Origin: Candidatus Nomurabacteria bacterium RIFCSPLOWO2_01_FULL_41_18
GTDB taxonomy: Bacteria; Patescibacteriota; Minisyncoccia; Phycocordibacterales; UBA9973
Length of the DNA stretch: 64,000 nt
Assembly (NCBI GenBank): GCA_001785865.1
Contig: MFUZ01000009.1
Coordinates: 15,309-79,308 of the forward strand
Reading direction: 5' to 3'
The notes under the pieces were generated by a model. That model worked only from the letters and a program-made list of their open reading frames with translations, was not told the DNA's origin and searched no databases. Positions 37,277 to 46,189 of the stretch are shown piece after piece (position 1 is the stretch's first letter; each line of letters opens with the position of its first letter). The translations under genes and the position numbers were made by a program.

Positions 37277-39844
37277 ATGTCTGATAAAATTAAAAAAATA
37301 ATCCCCTATTTTCTGGTACTGATAATACTAGTCGGAGTTTTTAGTTCGGTGGAAGAGGTGAAAGCTTCCACTGCTAATCCAACAGAACCCTGTGTGATTC
37401 AATATGGAACTCCCATAAACAGACCTTGTGTTCTGCCTGAGACAACTCAACCACCAGCAGGAACACCGCAGGGACAGCCACAACCGGAAGGACCTCTGCC
37501 GGTTTGCGTTTACAACATGGGGACCGCCACAAACAGACCTTGTACTGATCCTGCCACGACAGCAGCAGCTACAACGCCAGACCCAAATAAAACACCATTT
37601 GAAAACGCTCTGGACGATCACTGTTTATCCATCGCTGACGGAAGTGTCGGCGGCTGTCTGGCGCAATTATTTTATTTTTTATTCCAGACAATACCGGCAT
37701 TTTTACTTTCTTTAGCTGGAAAACTTTTCGATGTTGTCATCGCTCTTTCTTTAGACAGTACTACATACAAGACGGGCTTTATTGAACAAGCATGGATAAT
37801 CGTACGAGATTTCTCAAACATTTTCTTCATCCTTATTTTGCTTTATGTAGCTATTCAAACAATCTTAGGAATAGGTCACGAAACTAAAAAAATAATTGTT
37901 CAGGTAATCATAATGGCTCTTCTCATAAATTTCAGTATGTTCTTTACAAAAGTGGTAATTGATTCATCAAACATCTTAGCGCTAGTTTTTTACAATAAAA
38001 TAAGCGCACCTCAAGGAGATACGCCCGCAAATATAGAAACCTTGGACGCAAAAAAGAAAAGCGTTCGAGAAAAGGGAGTAAGCCAGAGACTGGTTCAAGG
38101 CTTTGACATTACAAGATTAATTGGAGCAGAATTTTTTGAACAAGCAAAAAGCCGCTCAGGTTTTACTCTAGTATCCGTGGGAACTGGAGCCTCTGCGGCA
38201 GGTGGAGCAGTGGCCGGGGCAGCTTTGACTGCTTGGCTCGGGCCAGGAGCGGCGATCGGAGCAGTGGCCGGGGCAGGCATTGGAGCATTTTTAGCATGGG
38301 TTAATTCTGATAAAGTACCACCATCTTTACTCATGAGCATACTGATACCAGGAGGTATTATTATGTACTATGCTATATATACTTTTTTTACAGCAGGGGT
38401 TGCTTTTTTGTCTAGAATAATTGAACTCTGGATTTTAATTATCTTTTCTCCCTTTGCTTTTATGTCTTCAGCATTACCAATCTTGAAAAAAGTTTCAAGT
38501 ATTGGCTGGGATGAATGGGTCAAAAAACTCGTGGCGATAGCTTTCATGGCTCCTATTTTTATATTTTTCCTGTTCTTGATTTTTAAAATAATAGAATCCG
38601 ACATAACCAAAGATCTGCTTTCACCCACAAGAGCATTGGGAGAACAATGGCTCCTCGAAACAATTGTGCTTATTTCAATCGCTGCATTTATAATTCTGGC
38701 TCTTCTTAATAAAGCAACCAAATACGCCAAGAAGGCAGCTGGAGAAATAGGAGAAGTGATAACAAAGGGCATCATGCTAACAGCAGGGATGGCAGTGGGT
38801 GGAACTGCTCTAGGTGGAGCTTTTGTTGGAAGAGCTGCAATTGGCGGATTTATGAAAGCAGCTTCGACTGGTGACACGGCAGCAAGCAGAATGCAAGGAA
38901 GTGCTGGTAGAATAGCGAACCTCAAGACAAGTTTGGCCGCCCCTAATACAACTATTGTAGAAAAAGCAAGAATTAGAAAAGAAATATGGAGAGAATATAA
39001 AGATCAAATATCAGGAAGCATACAACAAAGAATTCCAGGGCTACAGACTGCACAAACTTGGATGGGTACAAGGTTAAACCAAGATCAACACAATATTGAA
39101 CATGCGGCTCATGCAAGACATGATCTAGACCAAGCGGCAAATGCTGTGGCCCCTGGTAAAAAATGGGAGGAGCTAAATGGAGAAAAGAGATATGAGGCAA
39201 GAAGGCAAATAGCTAGAGAAAAGGTCATAAGAGACAATGCAGCTTCGGGTACTTCTATAAAAGATTCTGCAGGAAATGTGGTGACACGCTCTGTAACTAA
39301 TCCAGATACAGGAGCAGTCACAAATGTTCCAATTGGAGCTTTTGGTACTAGAGGATGGGATAAATTAGGAACCGAAGAAAGAGCGGCCATTGATCGATCA
39401 GCAGAAGTGGGAAATGATCCTATTACCAACCATGTAATTGCTGGAAGCGCCCTAGACACAAATAAGCCAGGAGGAGGTACGACGGAAGCTGATACACTAA
39501 TTGTAGCTGCCCGGTACAAGCAAGGTATTGTCAGCAATGTTGTTCAATCTGGAGTTACCGGAAGCTACGACGTTAGAAATCTTGCCAACGTCATAGCCAA
39601 AGAACAAAGTACTGGATTCGCCAAAATGGCAATGGGTATAACGGGGGCTCTCTCAATAGGCATGCGGGGCGGATTTAAACAAATGGGAGTAAGCTACGGT
39701 GAAAGTCAGAGAAGCTTCTTCAAGGATCTTGGAAATACCATTTCTGAATCTCTAAAGAGTGCTAAAATAAATGTTGACCTTTCACATGTGGGTGAGGTTC
39801 AAAAAGAAGACAAGAAAGGAGGAGGCGGTGGAGGACATCATTAA
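37277..39844 (+). CDS. VirB6/TrbL-like polytopic membrane protein with a Pro/Thr-rich Cys-containing N-terminal region and a long hydrophilic C-terminus
   Basis: 855 aa; about 7 TM helices in the middle; repeated N-terminal motif (Y/M)GT..NRPC; C-terminal Gly run; sits beside a VirB4 ATPase. Confidence 0.5.
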   Translation: MSDKIKKIIPYFLVLIILVGVFSSVEEVKASTANPTEPCVIQYGTPINRPCVLPETTQPPAGTPQGQPQPEGPLPVCVYNMGTATNRPCTDPATTAAATTPDPNKTPFENALDDHCLSIADGSVGGCLAQLFYFLFQTIPAFLLSLAGKLFDVVIALSLDSTTYKTGFIEQAWIIVRDFSNIFFILILLYVAIQTILGIGHETKKIIVQVIIMALLINFSMFFTKVVIDSSNILALVFYNKISAPQGDTPANIETLDAKKKSVREKGVSQRLVQGFDITRLIGAEFFEQAKSRSGFTLVSVGTGASAAGGAVAGAALTAWLGPGAAIGAVAGAGIGAFLAWVNSDKVPPSLLMSILIPGGIIMYYAIYTFFTAGVAFLSRIIELWILIIFSPFAFMSSALPILKKVSSIGWDEWVKKLVAIAFMAPIFIFFLFLIFKIIESDITKDLLSPTRALGEQWLLETIVLISIAAFIILALLNKATKYAKKAAGEIGEVITKGIMLTAGMAVGGTALGGAFVGRAAIGGFMKAASTGDTAASRMQGSAGRIANLKTSLAAPNTTIVEKARIRKEIWREYKDQISGSIQQRIPGLQTAQTWMGTRLNQDQHNIEHAAHARHDLDQAANAVAPGKKWEELNGEKRYEARRQIAREKVIRDNAASGTSIKDSAGNVVTRSVTNPDTGAVTNVPIGAFGTRGWDKLGTEERAAIDRSAEVGNDPITNHVIAGSALDTNKPGGGTTEADTLIVAARYKQGIVSNVVQSGVTGSYDVRNLANVIAKEQSTGFAKMAMGITGALSIGMRGGFKQMGVSYGESQRSFFKDLGNTISESLKSAKINVDLSHVGEVQKEDKKGGGGGGHH

Positions 39845-39850
39845 AATTTC

Positions 39851-40948
39851 ATGGACCAAAAAGAATTACAAAAACAAATAGCTCTCTTTTATTCCAGGCT
39901 CCCGCCAAACGCGCAGGCACTGTTCTCCAGCATGGAGTGGCTGGAAACTCTTAAAAAAATCAGCCAGAAATATAAGCTGACCGACGAGCAGATAGAAACT
40001 CTCGGCACCGAGACCACTCTTGCGCTCCTCGGCATCATTCATTTGGTGGAGTACGAAGAAGCTCTCACGAATGAGCTTCGCTTGCCAAGAAATTTAATGG
40101 ATAAAATGATGTTAGAAATAGAAGAAACCATCATCAAGACCATCCGCCCGCAATTAGTCGAAGCTTTCGAAGCCAATAAAAATTCCGAAACAGGGGAGAG
40201 CCCTGACATTGAATCAAAGTTGGATGAACGATTTGAAAGACTGCCGAAAGAAACTCAAAATATCGTCCTAGAGTCGAAATATCGAACCATTCTTTACAAC
40301 ATCGCAAGATCGTACAACCTGAATGTGGAGCAAACAGGCATCCTCGAGTCAGCTGCAACCAGTTTGGTTACTGGAGCAATTCGTCCAGAGGAATTCGAAA
40401 ATTCTCTAAATAAAAATCTAAGATTGCCGTCTGAAACGATAAAAAAAATAGTAAGTGAAATCAGCGAGAAGATCTTTAAAAAAATAAGGGAAGAGTTGGT
40501 CAAGAACACAGGGAAAAAACCTCCTAGTCTTGATTACCCCGCAGAAGACATCGTACCAGTAGCCCCACCTACAACTTCAACTGCTTCGGAAAAAGCTACA
40601 AAAGAAGATTCTTCCATCCTGACTTCGGCTGGGATAGAAATCGTGCCGGAAAAATTAGAATTAGAGCCCGCAGAAAAGCCGTTAGAAAAAAGAGAGGAAA
40701 TGCTCCAAAAAATAGAGAAGCCCGAACCTCCTCTACCTCCTTTGGCAAAGATGCCCACAATAGAACATACGGAAAATGCTCCTACAACTCCCGTGATTCA
40801 TCCGATCTTGGCGCAAAAGTTGTCTGGCCCATTAAAGATCCCGATGACGAAAACAGAGCATTCTTTAGACAACATCACCAAAACCAACACTCCACCGCCC
40901 CAAGATACAGCCAAAAAAATAGATCCATACCGAGAAATACCGGAGTAG
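39851..40948 (+). CDS. Hypothetical acidic protein with two internal ~60-aa repeats
   Basis: ORF; repeats ...EQ..TL......L.GII...E....NELRLP...; Pro-rich C-terminus. Confidence 0.45.
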   Translation: MDQKELQKQIALFYSRLPPNAQALFSSMEWLETLKKISQKYKLTDEQIETLGTETTLALLGIIHLVEYEEALTNELRLPRNLMDKMMLEIEETIIKTIRPQLVEAFEANKNSETGESPDIESKLDERFERLPKETQNIVLESKYRTILYNIARSYNLNVEQTGILESAATSLVTGAIRPEEFENSLNKNLRLPSETIKKIVSEISEKIFKKIREELVKNTGKKPPSLDYPAEDIVPVAPPTTSTASEKATKEDSSILTSAGIEIVPEKLELEPAEKPLEKREEMLQKIEKPEPPLPPLAKMPTIEHTENAPTTPVIHPILAQKLSGPLKIPMTKTEHSLDNITKTNTPPPQDTAKKIDPYREIPE

Positions 40949-40954
40949 CTGTCA

Positions 40955-41082
40955 TGCAATCCCGTTAGAGATCAGATAGTTTATTGTTTTAGTTAATGTT
41001 AAAATTATTATTGTGGTTAATGTAATTAATAGTCTTTAATCTAGGTACGGAAATCTTAAGATTTCCTATCTCTAACGGGATG
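40955..41082. promoter_or_regulatory. 17-nt inverted repeat pair flanking a 93-bp AT-rich spacer that contains a perfect 18-bp palindrome, overlapping the start of the PrgI-like gene
   Basis: tgcaatcccgttagagat (40955-40972) and atctctaacgggatgca (41066-41082); ggaaatcttaagatttcc at 41046-41063. Confidence 0.5.
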
Positions 41083-41511
41083 CAGTTTAAAGTACCACAA
41101 TTCTTAGACATAGAGGACAAGATATTTGGCCCATTTACTTTTAAAGAGTTTGTGTATTTGGCAGGCGGGGCGGGCTTGTGTTTTGTGCTTTATAAATTAT
41201 TGGGGTTAATCCTCGGAGCTATACCTATCTTGGCAGTAGCCACCCTCGCCGTAGCCCTCGCCCGCTATAAGCCAAACAACAAGCCTTTTATCAATATGAT
41301 CGAATCGGCTTTCAATTATTTTCTTACAAGCAAGCTCTACATCTGGAAAAGGCGTAAGAATACGGCCAAGAATGACAAATTAGAAAAGGAAAATGACACC
41401 AAAAAGAGAGAAGATATGAGAGATTCTGTCCGGCTGGGGAGAAATAAATTGCGAGACCTGGCTTGGAGCCTTGATGTATTAGACCTAAGCAAACACGGAG
41501 AAAATAAATAA
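41080..41511 (+). CDS. PrgI/VirB3-like small membrane protein (2 TM helices)
   Basis: 143 aa; two hydrophobic helices at the N-terminus, basic C-terminal tail; position upstream of the VirB4 ATPase. Confidence 0.45.
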   Translation: MQFKVPQFLDIEDKIFGPFTFKEFVYLAGGAGLCFVLYKLLGLILGAIPILAVATLAVALARYKPNNKPFINMIESAFNYFLTSKLYIWKRRKNTAKNDKLEKENDTKKREDMRDSVRLGRNKLRDLAWSLDVLDLSKHGENK

Positions 41512-41512
41512 T

Positions 41513-42151
41513 ATGGCATTAAAAGCAAAAGCAACTCAAGAGTTTGTACCGATCAAGGAAATCCGTGACGGAGTGATCGTGCTAAAAGACGGAGGCTTGC
41601 GGGCAATAGTGCTCGCCAACTCAGTCAACCTGTCTCTCAAATCCGACGACGAACAAAAGGCGACGATAATGCAATTCCAAAGTTTTCTAAACACTTTGGA
41701 CTTTGCCATCCAGATATCCGTACAATCGAGAAGGCTCGACATTCGCCCCTACCTTTTGCTTTTGGAAAATAGAGTAAAAGTACAGAACGAACCTCTACTA
41801 AAACTGCAAACCAAAGAATACATAGAGTTCATTAGGAACTTCACAGATAGTGTGAGTATAATGACAAAAAGCTTTTTCGTGGTGGTTCCTTACACCCATA
41901 CCACCCTGAAGTCTGACTCAAACATTTTGAAAAGATTTTTTTCAAAAAGAAACAAAGAGGAAGCCAACATCGCCAAACAGGAAGATTTCGAGGAAAAGAG
42001 GTCTCAACTGGAAGAAAGAGTCGGCGTCATCCAGCAAGGACTCAGCCGCTGCGGCATAAAATCAGTCCAATTGGACACGGAGGCTGCGGTAGAAGTGTTT
42101 TATAAAGTTTTCAACCCCGGAGAAGTGGAAGGAAAAATTAGACTGGAATAA
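41513..42151 (+). CDS. Hypothetical soluble protein, possibly a detached VirB4 N-terminal domain
   Basis: 212 aa, ends 4 nt before the VirB4-like ATPase start; no TM; no motif. Confidence 0.35.
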   Translation: MALKAKATQEFVPIKEIRDGVIVLKDGGLRAIVLANSVNLSLKSDDEQKATIMQFQSFLNTLDFAIQISVQSRRLDIRPYLLLLENRVKVQNEPLLKLQTKEYIEFIRNFTDSVSIMTKSFFVVVPYTHTTLKSDSNILKRFFSKRNKEEANIAKQEDFEEKRSQLEERVGVIQQGLSRCGIKSVQLDTEAAVEVFYKVFNPGEVEGKIRLE

Positions 42152-42155
42152 AATT

Positions 42156-44030
42156 ATGTCAATTTTTGAAAAATTATTTAAAAAGAAAAATGTTACTCCA
42201 ACCATAGGCAACACCTATTCGAATGAAATGCAGACTTCGGTCCTGCCGGTATTGCCAGAGCAGATCTACGAATCGGCCAGTCTGGAGCTTCAGGATATCA
42301 TTGCTCCTTCGGCGCTCAAAATAGAGCCGAAGTCGATCAACTTGGGTGATAAAACCGCCCGCACCTTTTTCATAATATCCTATCCGAGATTTTTGACAGA
42401 TAACTGGTTTTCTCCGGTAATAAATTTGGACAAAATCTTCGATATTTCTATCTTTATCCACCCGATAGACACATCGCTCATGCTTCGCCAGTTCCAGAAA
42501 AAAGTCGCCGAAGTACAGAGCCAGATAAGCGTGCGCGAAAAAAAGGGAATGGTGCGAGACCCGATGCTCGATACCGCCTATCAGGACCTGGAAGGCCTCC
42601 GCGACAACCTGATCCAGGCACAAGAAAAAATGTTTGATGTGAGTATATACATCACCATTTATGCCGACAATGACATGGAGTTGTTTAAGATTGAAAACGA
42701 AATAAAATCCATTCTCGAATCAAAATTGATATACATCAAGCCAGCACTCTTCCAGCAAGAAGCCGGGTTCAAGAGCGTCATTCCCACCAATACCGACTTA
42801 CTCAATATCCACCAAAAGCTTAACTCCGGGCCGCTTTCAAGTGTTTTTCCTTTTATATCTTTCGACCTGACTGACAATAAAGGCATCCTCTACGGCATCA
42901 ACCGGCACAACTCGTCCCTCGTTATCTTCGACAGATTCAGCTTAGAAAACTATAATTCGGTGACTTTTGCCAAATCAGGTTCGGGAAAATCTTATGCCAC
43001 CAAACTGGAGATCCTGCGATCTTTGATGTTTGACGTGGACGTCATCGTCATCGACCCGGAGAGGGAATATGAATTCCTGGCGGAAGCAGTCGGCGGACGA
43101 TATTTCAACATTGCTCTTTCTTCCGACCATCACATGAACCCTTTTGACCTGCCGATACCCCGCGAAGACGAGACAGCTGAAGACGTCTTACGGTCAAATA
43201 TTATAAATTTGGTCGGGCTTTTCCGCCTGATGTTAGGCGGGCTCACCCCCGAAGAAGATTCGATGGTGGATCGGGCGATTTCGGAAACTTATGCCATGAA
43301 AGACATCACTCCGGAATCAGATTTCTCTAATATCGAGCCCCCACTTCTTTCAGATTTTGAAATGGTACTCTCCGGCATGGACGGCAGCGACTCCATCGTC
43401 GCTCGCTTGGCAAAATACACCAAAGGCTCCTGGGCCACTTTCTTGAATCGCCCTTCGAATGTAGACATAGATAAAAAATTCGTTGTCTTTTCGGTTCGCG
43501 ACATGGAAGACGAGCTCAAACCAGTAGCCATGTATATCATCATGCACTTCATCTGGAACGCAATCCGCAAAAACCTCAAGAAGAGACTCTTGGTTATAGA
43601 CGAAGCCTGGTGGATGATGAAGTCCGAGGATACTGCCTCGTTCCTCTATTCCATTGCTAAAAGAGGCCGAAAATATTATCTGGGCCTTTCCACCATCACT
43701 CAAGATGCCGCCGACTTTATGAAGTCCCCATATGGTGTACCGATCATCACCAACTCTTCCATCCAGCTCTTGCTCAAACAATCTCCAACCACCATAGATA
43801 TATTGCAGAAAACTTTCAATCTTACCGACGAAGAAAAATACCTACTTTTGGAGTCGAGCGTGGGCGAGGGGATATTCTTTGCCGGATTAAAACATGTTGC
43901 CATAAAGATCATCTCGTCCTATACCGAAGACCAGATCATAACTTCCGATCCCTCGCAAATATTATCCAATAGAAAAGCTAAAGAAGAACAAGATGCGGCA
44001 GAACTCTCTTCAAAGACCAAGCAGGTTTAA
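42156..44030 (+). CDS. virB4: VirB4/TraC/CagE-family type IV secretion ATPase (PrgJ/TcpF-like)
   Basis: Walker A FAKSGSGKSY, Walker B LLVIDEAWWMM, DUF87/AAA_10-like layout; 624 aa. Confidence 0.8.
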   Translation: MSIFEKLFKKKNVTPTIGNTYSNEMQTSVLPVLPEQIYESASLELQDIIAPSALKIEPKSINLGDKTARTFFIISYPRFLTDNWFSPVINLDKIFDISIFIHPIDTSLMLRQFQKKVAEVQSQISVREKKGMVRDPMLDTAYQDLEGLRDNLIQAQEKMFDVSIYITIYADNDMELFKIENEIKSILESKLIYIKPALFQQEAGFKSVIPTNTDLLNIHQKLNSGPLSSVFPFISFDLTDNKGILYGINRHNSSLVIFDRFSLENYNSVTFAKSGSGKSYATKLEILRSLMFDVDVIVIDPEREYEFLAEAVGGRYFNIALSSDHHMNPFDLPIPREDETAEDVLRSNIINLVGLFRLMLGGLTPEEDSMVDRAISETYAMKDITPESDFSNIEPPLLSDFEMVLSGMDGSDSIVARLAKYTKGSWATFLNRPSNVDIDKKFVVFSVRDMEDELKPVAMYIIMHFIWNAIRKNLKKRLLVIDEAWWMMKSEDTASFLYSIAKRGRKYYLGLSTITQDAADFMKSPYGVPIITNSSIQLLLKQSPTTIDILQKTFNLTDEEKYLLLESSVGEGIFFAGLKHVAIKIISSYTEDQIITSDPSQILSNRKAKEEQDAAELSSKTKQV

Positions 44031-44069
44031 AACCATCCATTTTAAGGCAGACAATGTTATAATTAACTT

Positions 44070-45053
44070 ATGAAGTTCAGACTTTTATCTTTATACTTGA
44101 TTGCCACGCTTCTCTTGTTTGGAAGTTTGGCATTGCGAGCAAATGCGGCTCCATCTACCGATATCTTAGTTGACATCACCCCTCCCAACCCTGCCCCTTA
44201 TGAAAACACGACCATAACTTTAAAAAGTTACGTTTATAATTTGGACAGTGTAATGATATCCTGGTCTCTAAACAGCAAAACCGCCGCCTCGGGGGTCGGG
44301 AAAAAATCATTTTCTGCCACTGCCCCGGCGGCAGGAGGGGAGACATCCATCGTGGCCACCATATCGCTCCCCGACGGCACCATAGAATCAAAAATCACAC
44401 TGAAGCCTTCGGTCATGGTCCTTCTTTGGCAGGCAAACGACTCTTATGTGCCGCCTTTCTATAGGGGCAAAGCCTTGCCGACAGCGGACAGCGAAGTGAA
44501 AGTGGTGGCAATGCCTGAAGTACGGACCGGCTCGGGGCTAGTATCTCCCAAAAACATGACTTATTATTGGAAAAAGGACTACACCAACAACACCGAAGGG
44601 TCTGGTTATGGAAAGAATTTTTTTCTTTTCGTAAATGATTACCTAGAAAATTCAAACAACATCTCGGTAACCGCTTCCACTATCGATCAGCAGTCTTCGA
44701 CTGCAGCAAATATAAACATAGGCATAACAGAGCCAAAAATATTATTTTATAGAAGTGACCAGTCGTTCGGAACAATTTGGCAAAATTCACTGGGTAACCC
44801 GCACAAAATAGAAGGCAACGAAATGGTGGAGGCAGTTCCTTATTTTATCTCACCCAAGCTTATCAATCATCCTTATCTAGTCTGGAGTTGGTTTATAAAC
44901 GATACGAGAGTAAGCCTGGCAGGATATAAAAAAAATATAATGCCACTACAAGTAGAGAAAGGGATGCACGGGACATCTAAATTAAGACTTGAGATCGAAA
45001 ATACCGACAAGATATTCCAAGCAACGACAAAAGAAATAAATATCGAATTTTAA
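44070..45053 (+). CDS. Secreted hypothetical protein
   Basis: N-terminal signal peptide MKFRLLSLYLIATLLLFGSLALRANA; beta-rich sequence. Confidence 0.45.
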   Translation: MKFRLLSLYLIATLLLFGSLALRANAAPSTDILVDITPPNPAPYENTTITLKSYVYNLDSVMISWSLNSKTAASGVGKKSFSATAPAAGGETSIVATISLPDGTIESKITLKPSVMVLLWQANDSYVPPFYRGKALPTADSEVKVVAMPEVRTGSGLVSPKNMTYYWKKDYTNNTEGSGYGKNFFLFVNDYLENSNNISVTASTIDQQSSTAANINIGITEPKILFYRSDQSFGTIWQNSLGNPHKIEGNEMVEAVPYFISPKLINHPYLVWSWFINDTRVSLAGYKKNIMPLQVEKGMHGTSKLRLEIENTDKIFQATTKEINIEF

Positions 45054-45054
45054 A

Positions 45055-46185
45055 ATGCAAAAATACTTGCCTTACATTTTAATACTGATGATACTGGTGG
45101 GAACACTCTTGCCGCTTGGGCAGGTGAGTGCTCAGACAGAACCGCTCGGTACTTGCACCATAACCAACAGAACCCAGCCTCGAAACATTAGCTATACTAT
45201 TGTCAAAGACCTGTCAGAAGATAGCTGTCAGGCCAGGGAATCTCCGCCTAATTTTACCGTAGCCTGGACGCAGAATCCCCCCGCACCAGTTGCTCCGACC
45301 TCTCCGCCACCGCCTGCAGCCACCACGGCTCCGGCAACAACTCCTCCCGCAGGGTACCAGCTTTTAGCTCCGCTCCCTTGTGAAAATAGCACGCCTGGAT
45401 GCGAGGGGGGAGAGCTTAGAACTTTTAACTCTGACCAGCCGAATAATCTGGGTACATACCTCAACTTGATGATAAAAATATTCATCGGAATATGCGCGGT
45501 CTTGTCAGTGGTAATGATTGTCGTGGGCGGACTCGAATACATGACAAGCGAGCTCGTACACAACAAAGAAGCAGGAAAGGAAAAAATACTAGGCGCGATT
45601 TTTGGCTTGATTTTAGCCTTGGGCGCGTACACTCTTCTTTTCACGATCAATCCCGATTTACTTGAGTCAGATGTCAGGCCGACGACGCTAGAAACTGCAA
45701 GCACAGGCGCCCCAGGCCTCTCCGGGGGAGCACCAGCAGTCAGGCCGGGAACACCGTCGTCTGCTACATGCTCAATCCAATCAGCCACATTTAACCCATC
45801 TGGTAATCAGAGCGATTCATGGTTTAATGACGACACTCCGCCCACAGTCAGGCTTCAGGTAGTTGGCAGTGCCGGCTGTGCTGGTAAAATAGCTGAAGTC
45901 AGCATCGTGGAAGATGATACTGTCTTAGTGGATGACGATGTGGCTGGAATAGATGATTTCAATGTTTTATTCACGGATAGCAACCGTTTCACTATCGACC
46001 TCATAGCTGGGGAAACTGATTGCGAACAATGGCTGGGAAATGATTGCGAATATTTTATAAAAATAGATCTGACGGGAGCTTCAAACTTTTCGACCGAAGA
46101 CCAAGGGGGAGGAGGAAACTTGGAATATGACTGCGATGGTTTATGTGATGAAGGCTGGCGCATGAGTACCATAACCCCACAATAA
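45055..46185 (+). CDS. Secreted Pro/Thr-rich protein with a central two-helix hydrophobic hairpin (VirB2/TrbC pilin-like) and a C-terminal extension
   Basis: Signal peptide; LNLMIKIFIGICAVLSVVMIVVGGLEYM ... ILGAIFGLILALGAYTLLFTINP two-helix module. Confidence 0.4.
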   Translation: MQKYLPYILILMILVGTLLPLGQVSAQTEPLGTCTITNRTQPRNISYTIVKDLSEDSCQARESPPNFTVAWTQNPPAPVAPTSPPPPAATTAPATTPPAGYQLLAPLPCENSTPGCEGGELRTFNSDQPNNLGTYLNLMIKIFIGICAVLSVVMIVVGGLEYMTSELVHNKEAGKEKILGAIFGLILALGAYTLLFTINPDLLESDVRPTTLETASTGAPGLSGGAPAVRPGTPSSATCSIQSATFNPSGNQSDSWFNDDTPPTVRLQVVGSAGCAGKIAEVSIVEDDTVLVDDDVAGIDDFNVLFTDSNRFTIDLIAGETDCEQWLGNDCEYFIKIDLTGASNFSTEDQGGGGNLEYDCDGLCDEGWRMSTITPQ

Positions 46186-46189
46186 TAAG

